Shown piece after piece: positions 52,001 to 58,793 of a stretch of DNA of 64,000 bases. Source of the DNA: a virus (lineage: Duplodnaviria > Caudoviricetes); IMG/VR virus record IMGVR_UViG_3300033072_000360, positions 129 through 64,128 of that record; one strand, 5' to 3'. The notes below the pieces were generated by a model, which made no database searches, was not told the DNA's origin, and was given only the letters and a program-made list of their open reading frames with translations. The translations under genes and the position numbers were made by a program. The number at the start of each line of letters is the position of its first letter. Positions within the stretch are counted from its first letter, which is position 1.

Positions 52001-53055
52001 ATAACAAACGCAACTTACAGCAGATTGTGGGCATGTTTGGTTTTAGTGCAATAGCGTTTATGGCTGGATGGTTAGATCATAAATTTAACGAACGTGGCAT
52101 TCCATTTGACGGAATGGATGTTTTAAATCCCGGAAGTAAAAAGTTTGGATTTATCCGTACATCTAACAACTACCTGCTTGCAATCCCTCCGTTGCAACGT
52201 ATGTCTAGAATATTAAAACCTATTCAAGCGTTTACTGGTTCTACGGAATACACGCCTACACGTGCATTACAAGCAGCTACTGACGCAGCAATAAAGTCAT
52301 ATGCAGCCTCTAAGTTTCAGAACCTGTATCACATTGTTGGGTCTGCAATAACTGGACATGAGTATATGGGAGAGCCGTCGTTTGAACCATCAGCTGGTTA
52401 TCTTATTGCACAGAAAAATGGTATTTACACTCCATGGACAGGCGGGACTCAGCGATTTATGCCGAGCCAAAGCAACTGGGCTATGAACCACATGAATCTT
52501 GTTCTTGCTCAACAAGCATTTGAGGATTACGCTAAGTTGGGCATTATTGCTGCGCAAGATCAACAGGATTATCAAGCAAGGGGATTATTAGGCGCATTTA
52601 CTGAATCAGGCGTTCCAACAATTGACGCTAATGAAGCACGAGCAATCACAAATAAGACATTAATACCCAGATTGTTAGGATTTGGTATTCATTACGAACC
52701 ACTTAACTGGCGTCTTGTAATGAAGAATAAGGTAAAGCTTGGAGATTCGAGTACAACATTGGCCAGATTAATATGGTTGGCACAACACGACTGGTACGAT
52801 TTCCCTAGTGCTAGTGCTATTGCTAGAGACAAGGGTTTAAATGCTTTGCTTTACGGATATAAAACTGGTGATGTATCTAGTGGTGCACTTGGACTTCCTA
52901 CAGAAGCAACGATGAACATGAGCACCGTTAACCCTAATATGAATATACCAATGAGTAAGGTTCAGACAGAAATAATGGAAGATGAAGCACCTGAACCAGA
53001 AGTTCCAGAACCAACATTAATGCAACGTGCATATGGACCAGAAGAAAATGACTAA
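40087..53055 (+). CDS. giant ejection/polyvalent protein (about 4322 aa) with HExxH metallopeptidase-like motif
   Basis: 13-kb ORF (track start 40066 TTG; ATG at 40087); TIAHEMGHFIF at 47329-47343; hydrophobic Gly/Ala helices near the N-terminus and a TM-like segment near the C-terminus. Confidence 0.8.
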   Translation: MPVQDPKKKKKQFGPPTELQWLQSVRGKALKSYQDTVKTATQNNAQRTSSGLVQWDDPKSIAPNIKQYQAEVVTPLKQAIAAGNPSVINKQTYDLIHSGVAQKFLSPKDRDDLLDQIQTMRDKLSKKPIVFNENGKRTGLMFSPSGSGNDRRLATHGDLITGQTYNKQDTKQGVSDFLYDRVDNRTASIAKLDKYQPYTGDGNALGKTGITAAASALGIVNNVVDPAGVSRGLLQLGADKIPALRPLQETIAPTIKQIDEYRNASDEGQADFNPRLEAGSYVEGLKGGLRSVVGGLYTGTSNAIYGPDVQGALRNEGLSAVDIMNEDAQRAARNPNSLFTYQLGQSLPALAMSLPLVGAQLNAARTLGQALLAPMGRASLGGAIGTGVGIAAPAAIGAATPFMPEPLAAATRQILSPTDALWRGGIPEEANAAVAAGDPTGEIQRNASLAAGVLMMGGPSVAMWKDVKTTAERGMAYYKHQLGKGVMPRQALAKTLDTYGKSRIATSLGTEFAFGGGTPALHSIGQAVANVNKDKAQRPGEIEHFDAGHALSSTILGLLFQTRVPHMFQKSFEYNPLRKMEARSLARDYAVNAMKGPNKQVEKIRTWFRDNKGYDPNVEDIYRLTSAIKISNDEALHGLMQNADAPEVPRRNAYATLDEAIDAYINNDANFDPETRGQLDQLSGEVRNAETTGDETDFSDSALGKINIDDQLGYDAVARHQEIQRITDAVTPHFEQLLNSHGNAVKETESQYWGIKLNDGRTMVVSKRSGNRRIVTGDAIKDVDYIDPFAARPTTSHNAGIANALKYASSVIASMKEAYLHEIKDNDREHTGIPVGVLNDGTIVVVSKRRGLNRGGQMGFVRPDRAVATDPDIGTANPIREVVNWVRQNIPSYRTSGEAVTFRPDRPVSEEFPTKLQVGDSHVASRLVHLENGVGVYQTPDGGLFFIPGARGEVLPPIESTTHLSPSDEVKQQLGSSNLTAKSLGASLMVGGVSVQLRIPDLASLLGMRDLTTGAIDATRLAGLQGMFRNDPDLVVQQIWNTFAKRVATAQETALLNPVPDVGQIVTFDGESGQHIVVHSNKESGVFLARPLRDLNGETMIGMSYDPEQGYKPWVANSVMSRDALERLHANASAIHGLSPEAMFPSDSIIDVEHLDMAAAMSNTGKVAGLLPTILNATPETLRQSVLDVVDAANDLASHPDLAQYDIYKSLEYTLNEWMKANRGNADIVQSMMHDMYYQFSKQTVDSKKALAFWRLLRSDNLSETYNAIIMSDNGAIATASDTTMNSAMPGATNFPSLLSMAMRVNHLVFESGSTERRLETHIRNMVGKLGLEKEQEEDVFKKVRSLAYALRGVLPALQSKFLVLPSKQWLVHKFSGLPQEIQAFAYDMPIEPRGDSVDPIISNWHKSEAKYNEAVTHAEQQLAGPNAEAFKRSLIDNGYEYFIALAENTAARSEQTAVRRALRHDVGAAKTWIARTDEFFRKRMVAQQTKAVVEAAVLLHSNRTTGTNYVVGLRQTQAALAHFDQSMVESTLREISPDGSLVRIGTRSIDVAMPSYDEIVSIISELQTKYSEHDLAHIAANDTDSLMNGSEMYVVEAPDGRDAAVAFESMQKARQVNATMQEYYDNIPLEDKQKLAVMLGPWDTVKRYLNQMVLSRPGEIADRDALEHIVYGLMRASENQAWSLKTLFTKAGDYDKFINAATIVREKMDLRERQNNVYSDEVTDGLTGRINLNFDTELDTAVKELVKVLRAEDPADRSNPEEFANLAGLSFVLMPEFLAQTPTLIRTKQGKELAARQLLREQEIIARNLKSDVQMSRQYKADVLDVVNARQEINGRVSKFMGMDTALYDPDSHTLISDAMEHVLHGRQDRVLTNADIEAIVAEANRLQVAFARLDRDVDSFAENPNAALTAPISIEFDGDGSDSYQDADTLTKAKRITAYKVYTKAGLEALLLAAMKNELKLGEDVTLRDFVEARTTADEQLKTLYRTTTAVRDYLNRLVFQRGNSKTLSAYYLPWESNVIDNVNLNAGALDGQVFFDAFVNSVEKNLTAQQKTVFRQSIVEYVNKNKADDGTFTFEVNKLAQLVNPFGIALQDVMPRSFDGNRVGAPFSTSDGMSIAYRITGRMAAMEVHAGVRFSRSENAVGNKLRERLLGYKNTSVADTASQLDISSRPDFPAQLTANDLDLIIDDFQDLHTQLAKLKTSNQLHDDSVLDTVIDQLSYYRGLRQGYQGNDAITNLQTKVTDVVAQYKDATKLAKYVSEFHDMFATKSAINQLSYELNASGASLNEYVALGIAAKISPDILRDAVRSNLTVGQLLGKEGIELGLTEVDQAKLKHLRIAQMKQDFYKSNHQLLITTGDLLREQHNVALMNGAAGEPYGQLKLLQMERQNNTMSHLLFLASQKGPERTAFTIAHEMGHFIFESLPDYLQVQYLAAVIPDKGTYGQKQTTLQASHTAAYDLVNMAKAALHDWTEVQKNNPADFRLTDIEGWEGWIVKGDNVAENNRGYLKELSTVALTNFILSDGVVMDDTNRNTRSEHAIGVLQGYGQVLRNLHQRIASKAHDLITIDGKPYNGFFVDPNVNKFRYRANQLDFVSLRHGSNLHFIVPHLRGSTGSLLVRTPGDMMELSSSLPDPTTSQFVQYMLGADSTAQEVQAAVDGGYSFMASSVQSGPFFRANAETAKFGYGRRVTGKVVGIVRATNFTTPEAAKEAGYNPAFMGINGNNKKVVWIHESNRENQNNKWYSTTTRSALQPGTDEGTASNARVGNVGRDYAYVVESTGSIKLFKRRTGENEIGYETKSWDNVTTRHLVGHDAFALDETQRPYIVETGKIGNPKFNHVVYSMLSRVDQRMRELGGDLNYATQVESQKALAREYSGQENGFTDVYTDAVAVDLAKSSGDIGEQLLNRDEKDLKAIQLAKVGDWARLKAKAMSFTQWMTRNKGAVPESVNEKINEATDSMSLFRNKQNPDGTYSRADDPELSDWYSGLKTKVSFGGKSFDGQTMALWLSQFAGENFQETLGRIYEAWQDHANSGTEEPFDFNALGLNTEIMYGGRLFDMAPRLNEIFSDVTRDPEAVGSMLEEMYHGTMNEMWYRWLNDVMPSTDSAENGIPIVVEQLLKRGVPVENTSLNPKVTFYGQEHDAQPVIDWAIDTYGHLDNAELNQVTKAARLDAPRPRIILNDSAPLQAVSKAALNWVRTTVFRGDDGSFAEYLRDYSGENGPLKQARATNIFNSVRFVQNIDSRMRRNALRNWQSWNIHDTSGDSVILRAPDKQVGRRLYNDSKYGSLISVNLVTGETAYVSENIEYRADGTRKSYKPIKTFDQFLAYQNTHSDFRHQAAPNSQWQSPEDVFGTYASTMLATVTSDPQYLATGKTYVAAPSKSWFKGPQHNDGGVMYQVTQQGGQFKVRELSSWWHQPNDVEQKDFGTMLTAAIQHLPLEQRNAIMKNQILSEEYHIARLLLAKDKLTDQTHSQSLARTSTDKNVFGVTEGKLQMRETSDNTWYSQDPTSHSITPDEDVPYRWSSLEPPIGFDRNYDLAEAYYLARHVDQTSAISEAASELPITLFNDPTLKAPIATTTQNGEFVVRINSKNWDEIVEPMNSLVPGGGRKKLTAKPGTSITINTPVSKTSAGKPFKNGILRMLGNDFRYILSNDLSAFAVQSFKAISGDPTLLFPALLALPSLVMPNWRDLPFFVGPLLEKLIHEKHGMSAGFGDKYYDVLMNKLLRRYNRIAMARNPSAEEITWEQLIKSGYHSNYKDWMTDFESRQALNPSRYQKLTDTSFVPVDENVNQGVLQELQPLFVGMGAWYSPMFWFPKRWDQTRLLMRDAMHLKHALDVMHSSHDLYEPSPDNEQADAYSRARQASNRRQAMRQVNLDFGLQKFTANDTQSPLAKNINAGFNYMQTAPAYHRNFLNSVPLLGEWSYVIRNKVNEVGNKIPSGVTPLHGDVFDLTWEKTFYENSRTNAWARSRNNKRNLQQIVGMFGFSAIAFMAGWLDHKFNERGIPFDGMDVLNPGSKKFGFIRTSNNYLLAIPPLQRMSRILKPIQAFTGSTEYTPTRALQAATDAAIKSYAASKFQNLYHIVGSAITGHEYMGEPSFEPSAGYLIAQKNGIYTPWTGGTQRFMPSQSNWAMNHMNLVLAQQAFEDYAKLGIIAAQDQQDYQARGLLGAFTESGVPTIDANEARAITNKTLIPRLLGFGIHYEPLNWRLVMKNKVKLGDSSTTLARLIWLAQHDWYDFPSASAIARDKGLNALLYGYKTGDVSSGALGLPTEATMNMSTVNPNMNIPMSKVQTEIMEDEAPEPEVPEPTLMQRAYGPEEND

Positions 53056-53827
53056 TGTAATCAATACGTTTATTTCTATTGCTGAAAAATACGTTGGTGT
53101 TTCAGAATCACCAGTTGGGTCTAATCGTGGGCCACTGATAGATAGATGGAACACAAATGCGCATGCGCCAGTTGGAAGCTTTTGGTGTGCGTCATTTGTT
53201 AGTGCCATAGCAATGGAATGGGAGATGCAAAGTGGAAAAGATTGGCCCTTATGCATTAGCGCTGACTGTGATGTATGGCTTGCTAATGCACGAAAAAACA
53301 AATGTATTTCGGCGAAAGGTAGACCGGGTGACATTCTTCTTCTGGTATCTGGTAATGATGCTTACCATATCGGTATTGTCTCAGGTTACTCTGAATCCGG
53401 AACATTAATGTCAATTGAAGGAAATAGCAACAATGATGGTAGCCGAAATGGCTATATGGTTGCTAAACGGAATAACCTTTATTCCGGGCGTAATAAAGAT
53501 AACGTTTTCTTTATTCACCCGTGGGGGTTAATTGAAGAAGGTGACAATTGGAAAATTGTATATGGAGACAACCACATTGTTGCCTTGTTGCATAACAGTA
53601 AAACCTACGCGCCTGTGCGTGATTTTGTTAAGCTAGTTGTTGGGAGTGATGTTTTACTCAGTTGGGAAGACGGGCCAGTGTTTGATAACAAGCCACTGGC
53701 CGTTCAGTGTATTATGCGCGATGGTAAATCGTATGCATCAATTAGAGATCTTGCTAACAGTTTTAATCTTGATTGCATTGTCAGCAGCGATCAAAAGAAA
53801 GTCTATCTAAAGGTCAAAAGCACCTAA
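53048..53827 (+). CDS. endolysin: CHAP amidase + C-terminal copper-amine-oxidase-N-like domain
   Basis: FWCASFVS catalytic Cys, YHIGIV His, IEGNSN; KTYAPVRD and KSYASIRDLANSF repeats. Confidence 0.8.
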   Translation: MTNVINTFISIAEKYVGVSESPVGSNRGPLIDRWNTNAHAPVGSFWCASFVSAIAMEWEMQSGKDWPLCISADCDVWLANARKNKCISAKGRPGDILLLVSGNDAYHIGIVSGYSESGTLMSIEGNSNNDGSRNGYMVAKRNNLYSGRNKDNVFFIHPWGLIEEGDNWKIVYGDNHIVALLHNSKTYAPVRDFVKLVVGSDVLLSWEDGPVFDNKPLAVQCIMRDGKSYASIRDLANSFNLDCIVSSDQKKVYLKVKST

Positions 53828-55189
53828 GCTGAACTCATTAAATCTGGCGTACCGAGATTCAAACTCCAGTAATGAAACCCCGGTACGCCCGTTTCTGTTT
53901 TTAGCAGTAATGATTTCAGCCTTATCAGTCTCATCTGATTCATCACCTGTGTCTTTGCGTTCATAGTATCCAGCCCTATATATAAACTGAATAACATCTG
54001 CATCTGATTCAATGTCGCCAGATTCTCTTAGGTCAGACATCATTGGGCGCTTATCCTGTCGCTGCTCAACAGCACGTGATAAAGACGACAAAGCAATTAA
54101 CGGGCATCCAAACTCACGAGTTATGTCTTTTAACCCACGACTAATCACGCCGATGTCACGGGTTCTATTCTCCGACTTAACATTAGATGGCATTGCAATC
54201 ATCTGTAAGTAATCAACGACAACCAGTCCAACCTTACATGTCTTCTGCATATTCTTGATTGCATCACGTATAGATTGCAGAGTAACGGACTGATCTGCCA
54301 TAACCCGTATGTTTAATGTCTTTGATGTGCGTGTTGCCTCAGATAGCATGTCTTTTTCATAGGATGACAGCTTCCTATTCTGTATCTTCTGACTATCCAC
54401 CTTACTGTAGATGCTCAACATCCTAGCTGTCACCATTGCTTTAGACATTTCTGCACTTACAATTAACACACCTGTCTTTTCCTGTAAGGTGCGCATGTGT
54501 AGGGCTGCATTCCACGCATACTGTAAACCAAGACTCGACTTACCCATCGACGGTCGTCCGCCAACAATGATTAGTTCTCCGTCTCTCCATCCGCCTGTCA
54601 TCTGATCGATGTCAGTAAAACCGCTGGATACACTAAAATCAATTTCATCTTCCACGCGATTAATAGCGGCAACCGATGCGGCTGAAATTAATTCAGATAA
54701 ATCATCAGTAGTGTTTCCGGTACTAGTAAACGAAACAGAGTTATTTAAATCACTTATAATTTTGTCAATGTCTGTGTCGCAATCAGATGCTTTCTTGCTT
54801 GCTAGTTCGGATGAAAAGATTATCTCCCGACGCCTATGATAATCAATAACCAGCTTTGCATAACTCTCATAATTGGACGTTGTGGGCAACAACTCAGCAC
54901 ATTGCATGATGTATCCAAGCCCGCCACATGCTTCTAGTGCATTACGCTTTGTTAGTTCCTCATTTACAGTCACAATGTCAATGTCTTGCCCAGATGCATC
55001 GATAGCAGTGTAAGCGTCCCATATAAGGCTATGTGAGACCCTGTAGAACATCCCTTTATTGATGTGTGTTAGATTCCTAAATAACCTGCGACCACCAAGA
55101 AGAACAGATGCTATGAGTGATTGCTCACTCATAACATCCGATGGAATCTCAATATTAAAGCCTAAGCTTCTACTTGTTTCGTTGTTCAT
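53807..55189 (-). CDS. dnaB: replicative DNA helicase
   Basis: GGRPSMGKSS Walker A, SAEMS, VVVDYLQMI Walker B, SDLRESGDIESDADVIQFIYR, AKNRNG. Confidence 0.95.
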   Translation of the reverse strand: MNNETSRSLGFNIEIPSDVMSEQSLIASVLLGGRRLFRNLTHINKGMFYRVSHSLIWDAYTAIDASGQDIDIVTVNEELTKRNALEACGGLGYIMQCAELLPTTSNYESYAKLVIDYHRRREIIFSSELASKKASDCDTDIDKIISDLNNSVSFTSTGNTTDDLSELISAASVAAINRVEDEIDFSVSSGFTDIDQMTGGWRDGELIIVGGRPSMGKSSLGLQYAWNAALHMRTLQEKTGVLIVSAEMSKAMVTARMLSIYSKVDSQKIQNRKLSSYEKDMLSEATRTSKTLNIRVMADQSVTLQSIRDAIKNMQKTCKVGLVVVDYLQMIAMPSNVKSENRTRDIGVISRGLKDITREFGCPLIALSSLSRAVEQRQDKRPMMSDLRESGDIESDADVIQFIYRAGYYERKDTGDESDETDKAEIITAKNRNGRTGVSLLEFESRYARFNEFSLGAFDL

Positions 55190-55604
55190 TAATATATTCC
55201 GTTAGCCGAACAATGTGTACTTCATTAATTACGTCTTGTAACTGCTGACCTTTTAGCGGTGGCTCCACTCGCCACGCCTTGTAGCCACCAGTCTTCTTTA
55301 AAACTAACACGACTGTAGGATGAAGCTTATTGGGGTCAGAACCTATCCTTATAGCCTCACTAATATCGTGTGTAACCATGTGTGGTTGAGCATCGCCATA
55401 CTTCTCTATGGCAACGTAATTCAAAACCTCAGATGGTGTTGGCCTAAACTTGCACCGAGTAAGAATGCGCTGCGCCCCAGCAAGTATGTCTTCATCGGTA
55501 AGCCCGTTAATCGCCACTCTGTATACGGTCTCGCTTGTGCTGTTCCAAGATATGGAACTAGGAAGCTGAGAAAGAATCGCTAATAATTTATCCGTTGTTG
55601 TCAT
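55170..55604 (-). CDS. helicase loader/inhibitor-like protein (G39P/lambda P position)
   Basis: CKFRPTPSEV motif; lies between the initiator and dnaB. Confidence 0.55.
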   Translation of the reverse strand: MTTTDKLLAILSQLPSSISWNSTSETVYRVAINGLTDEDILAGAQRILTRCKFRPTPSEVLNYVAIEKYGDAQPHMVTHDISEAIRIGSDPNKLHPTVVLVLKKTGGYKAWRVEPPLKGQQLQDVINEVHIVRLTEYINEQRNK

Positions 55605-56304
55605 TGAACCAATCCTCCACGTTTACTGATGTTGTTGTATTTGCATACGATGGTGATGCATATGTATCCCAGTGTTTCCACAAAGAACGCACAGTTACCA
55701 TTTCTGGCTTCCACTTGCCTAGTAACTCTTTCGTGCGTACATATACATCGTCACTAGTCACTCCTGCCTTATGCATTTGCCAGATAGTAAGTCGCACATC
55801 TTTCCATTCTTTATCAGTGATGTTTAGCAACTCAAGTGTCGGCAACTTATATCTAGCAATTTTAAACTGCTTGTATAAGATAAACGCAGGATCATCATCT
55901 GGCCGCTCCTCTCTCTTCTGTGGTTTAACTGATGTTACTTTTGTCTCAGGGTTATGATCAACTGAATCAGGGAATAACTTATACCCATTGCTTGTTGTTC
56001 TCCCGCTAGGAGAAGTTCTCCCATTGATTTCAAGTAATCGTTTTCCATTAATCTTCATGCCTGTCAAATAATGTAATGCGTTTCTAACTGTTGCCTCAGA
56101 CAAGCCAGTACATTCAGTAAGTCTCTTGATACTTGGCCAGCAGTATCCTTCATTATCAACATGCATAACGATGGCCATAAAAACAACGAATCCTGATGGT
56201 GTAAATTCGGTTATGTGGTTAACCAATAATCTGTCTATCTGTACAAATCCAGATGACTTATCGCCAGACAAGCCAAAAGACCTGCCATTAAATACCGTTA
56301 TCAT
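55588..56304 (-). CDS. replication initiator/organiser with winged HTH
   Basis: YCWPSIKRLTECTGLSEATVRNALHYL HTH_36-type motif; GAGGAGG RBS. Confidence 0.8.
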   Translation of the reverse strand: MITVFNGRSFGLSGDKSSGFVQIDRLLVNHITEFTPSGFVVFMAIVMHVDNEGYCWPSIKRLTECTGLSEATVRNALHYLTGMKINGKRLLEINGRTSPSGRTTSNGYKLFPDSVDHNPETKVTSVKPQKREERPDDDPAFILYKQFKIARYKLPTLELLNITDKEWKDVRLTIWQMHKAGVTSDDVYVRTKELLGKWKPEMVTVRSLWKHWDTYASPSYANTTTSVNVEDWFNDNNG

Positions 56305-56319
56305 TTTGTCCTCCTCAAC

Positions 56320-56345
56320 AAAAAAGGTCCCGCTTTCACGGGACC
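56320..56345 (-). terminator. intrinsic terminator immediately before the initiator RBS
   Basis: GGTCCCG-TGAAAG-CGGGACC-TTTTTT, then GTTGAGGAGG. Confidence 0.7.
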
Positions 56346-56351
56346 CTATTA

Positions 56352-56915
56352 TTACTCAAAACTGTGTCTACATTCAGGGCATCTCTGAAAAATTACAGTA
56401 GGATTTTCAGCAGGACATTGCAATCTTTCAATTGCTTCCTCTACCGTCATACCTGACGGCACTGTTACCATCGGTAATTTCTCTGGAACTGTATCCGGCT
56501 CGCCTTTGATTAACCTAGTCAAGTCAGCTACTGTCATCTGTTTAGCTAATGCTTCATTCAACACACGCCGTTGTTGATCGACGGGTAATGAAGCAGCCAC
56601 CCTGTGATGCGTCCATGACAGCCCCTCAACTCTATTCTCAATGGGAACAGCGTTTGCGACCCACGAGTAGTTAGCCAAGCTTTGATACGCTGAGTTTGTA
56701 GAGTCTAATGCTTGCGCATATTTCTCACCATGTTTCATTTCTCCGTAATTCAATACGTCGCCAAGCCCAAATTGAAATGACGTATACAAACGTTGCATAG
56801 TAACCATCAACCTTGACCACTCATCGTAGTCAAGGTCTCCGGTAAATGTAATGCCTGTTGTGCTTACAACAATGCTGTCAGGCAGGCTACTAAAGCGCAC
56901 AAGCTCATCACTCAT
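56352..56915 (-). CDS. LmbU-like DNA-binding protein
   Basis: FGLGDVLNYGE...YAQA...YQSLANYSWVA...RVEGLSWTHHRVAASLP pattern. Confidence 0.6.
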   Translation of the reverse strand: MSDELVRFSSLPDSIVVSTTGITFTGDLDYDEWSRLMVTMQRLYTSFQFGLGDVLNYGEMKHGEKYAQALDSTNSAYQSLANYSWVANAVPIENRVEGLSWTHHRVAASLPVDQQRRVLNEALAKQMTVADLTRLIKGEPDTVPEKLPMVTVPSGMTVEEAIERLQCPAENPTVIFQRCPECRHSFE

Positions 56916-57474
56916 TTGTTACCTCATTTGCTGTCAATGCTTTGATAGTGATATTTTCAGTTGGTTGAGAAACACAGAATACGTCTGGGTATTCTTCTAC
57001 TAAAGTAAGTTGAACTTCTTTAGGAATTTTGCTTTTGTACACCTTGTACTGCTGAACTACTGCGTCGCAAGACGACGGTATAAGCATAGCTGCTTTTTGC
57101 TCATCCATAATAGTAAATGATGGTGGAACGGTGCGGAAAGCAACTTGGCCCCATGGGCATTTCCATGTTTTGGCTTTGCCAGTTAGTTGTTTTTCTGCAA
57201 AGTCTGCTATCTGATCACCGTATCGACTTTTAAGCCATTGAACTTTGCGCTCTTTCTCTTTGACGAGTTGCTTGCATCTGTCAATTACAGATTGCATAGC
57301 CAGCTCTTCAGCCTTAAGTTCGGTCTCGTATTTTAGTAAACGCTGCATTGCTAAAAGAACGTCGTCTTCTGTTTTAAGTTCATCGCCAAGCCAGCCGTCA
57401 ACTGGTCCAGCGTACTCACCTGTTTCAATGTCGTAATATGCGTCGCCAATAATATCAAACTTAGATTTGTCCAT
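56908..57474 (-). CDS. Mu Gam-like DNA end-protection protein
   Basis: Coiled coil followed by KTWKCPWGQVAFRTVPPS. Confidence 0.65.
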   Translation of the reverse strand: MDKSKFDIIGDAYYDIETGEYAGPVDGWLGDELKTEDDVLLAMQRLLKYETELKAEELAMQSVIDRCKQLVKEKERKVQWLKSRYGDQIADFAEKQLTGKAKTWKCPWGQVAFRTVPPSFTIMDEQKAAMLIPSSCDAVVQQYKVYKSKIPKEVQLTLVEEYPDVFCVSQPTENITIKALTANEVTNE

Positions 57475-58081
57475 TAAGTCCCTCATCTTCTACTGCTAAA
57501 AATACTGCTTCCGCTTCTTCTGGTGTGTTAAATCCTTGCAATACTTCTATTACAAGTCGTAGGTTTTCGTCTGTTGTATTGTTGTGTCCAGCAAGGCGTG
57601 TAAATACACGCTTTACGTCTGATGGTGTAATATCTGCACCCCAGATGCGTTTACACTCTAAGCCAAACCGTTTACCCGGAGTAAGCACAGTTGCAGTTGC
57701 TGTAAGTTTTGGTTGCTGTGGTGCGTCAACAATACGCATGTCACCAGTTGGTGTAATCGGTTCTTCTAGTTCCTGAGCAAACAACGTACCGTATCCACAT
57801 AGTGCAAGAGCACGTCCAATGGCACCTGTTTCTGCCTTCTCTCGGAAGTCAGGAAAATGTTTTTCGTGCTCAGTCTTGTGAGCTGTTGCAATTACTATAT
57901 GATTCCTATCGCATATTTGTGCATGGAACGTACAGTAGTCAGCACCGGATAATTCCGGTACTGGCTTTGTTGTAATACTCCAATCTGCATGATCCTCTCG
58001 GAACCATGCAATACGTGGAGCTACAGGCAAGTATTGCTTGCCTTTAAGATTTAAAAAATGATCTTTAGGATTAAACGACAT
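57461..58081 (-). CDS. ssDNA annealing protein (Rad52/Sak-like)
   Basis: LKGKQYLPVAPRIAWFR and EKAETGAIGRALALCGYG. Confidence 0.65.
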   Translation of the reverse strand: MSFNPKDHFLNLKGKQYLPVAPRIAWFREDHADWSITTKPVPELSGADYCTFHAQICDRNHIVIATAHKTEHEKHFPDFREKAETGAIGRALALCGYGTLFAQELEEPITPTGDMRIVDAPQQPKLTATATVLTPGKRFGLECKRIWGADITPSDVKRVFTRLAGHNNTTDENLRLVIEVLQGFNTPEEAEAVFLAVEDEGLNGQI

Positions 58082-58793
58082 CTTCTTTACCTTCTTTTAT
58101 TTGTGCAATGAATTCATCTGACATTAATGACAGAGAGTGTGACGTTAAGCTAAGAAATGTTTCTAAGTCGTAGTATGAGTTTTCAAATAACACACCTTTG
58201 TACTTAGAACAGATTGTTTGAATTGGAATATATGCTAATAAGTAACTACCTTTATCTTTTGCGTATGTTTGCTCATTTGATATTTGCGCAATAAGTGAGA
58301 ACAATGAATCCGCCACATAAACTGCATCCTGCACATCTGAGTGTGTGCATGTAAGCAACTTAAGTTCGCGTTTAGACCAAGCAACTGTGTCAATTGCAAC
58401 CAATACCATCAAGGACGTCGATGGATACAATGGACCTCCATAATGCGTTTGTATATTTGAGGGAAGATAATCTTTGGTGCTGCCTACAAATATTAGTTCG
58501 CCATCTAGTGACCACGACCGAAACGTATGCAATAGCTCATAAACTGAAACTGCATCTGGCGTGAGGTTATCTATATTGCATGAATCAATGTGTTTTTGAG
58601 CATCATCCTTGTTTGTAAAAACACTGATAAACGACCACATTCCTATGTCGCATGTCAGGAACGTTGTTTTTTCATCTGTGATGTGCCTACAGATGTAAAC
58701 TTTGTCATATGAAAATAACGGTAGCGCGTAATCGTATTTATTTAGTGGCACTGGAAACAGTGCGGTAAATCTATCAACGGGTTCTGAATTCAT
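58071..58793 (-). CDS. hypothetical protein
   Basis: 240-aa ORF in the operon. Confidence 0.6.
   Translation of the reverse strand: MNSEPVDRFTALFPVPLNKYDYALPLFSYDKVYICRHITDEKTTFLTCDIGMWSFISVFTNKDDAQKHIDSCNIDNLTPDAVSVYELLHTFRSWSLDGELIFVGSTKDYLPSNIQTHYGGPLYPSTSLMVLVAIDTVAWSKRELKLLTCTHSDVQDAVYVADSLFSLIAQISNEQTYAKDKGSYLLAYIPIQTICSKYKGVLFENSYYDLETFLSLTSHSLSLMSDEFIAQIKEGKEDVV

Noticed and set aside
9585-52575. Numerous 60-215 aa antisense or off-frame ORFs inside the giant and structural genes
   Set aside because: They overlap long coherent ORFs, lack RBS and recognisable motifs, and are expected by chance or from codon bias (for example 31491-32135 mirrors the Ala/Ser repeats).
8791-53055. N4-type or T7-type single-subunit virion RNA polymerase in either giant protein
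   Set aside because: I could not find the R-x3-K-x7-YG motif B with matching motifs A and C by eye; a structural search is needed for a definite answer.
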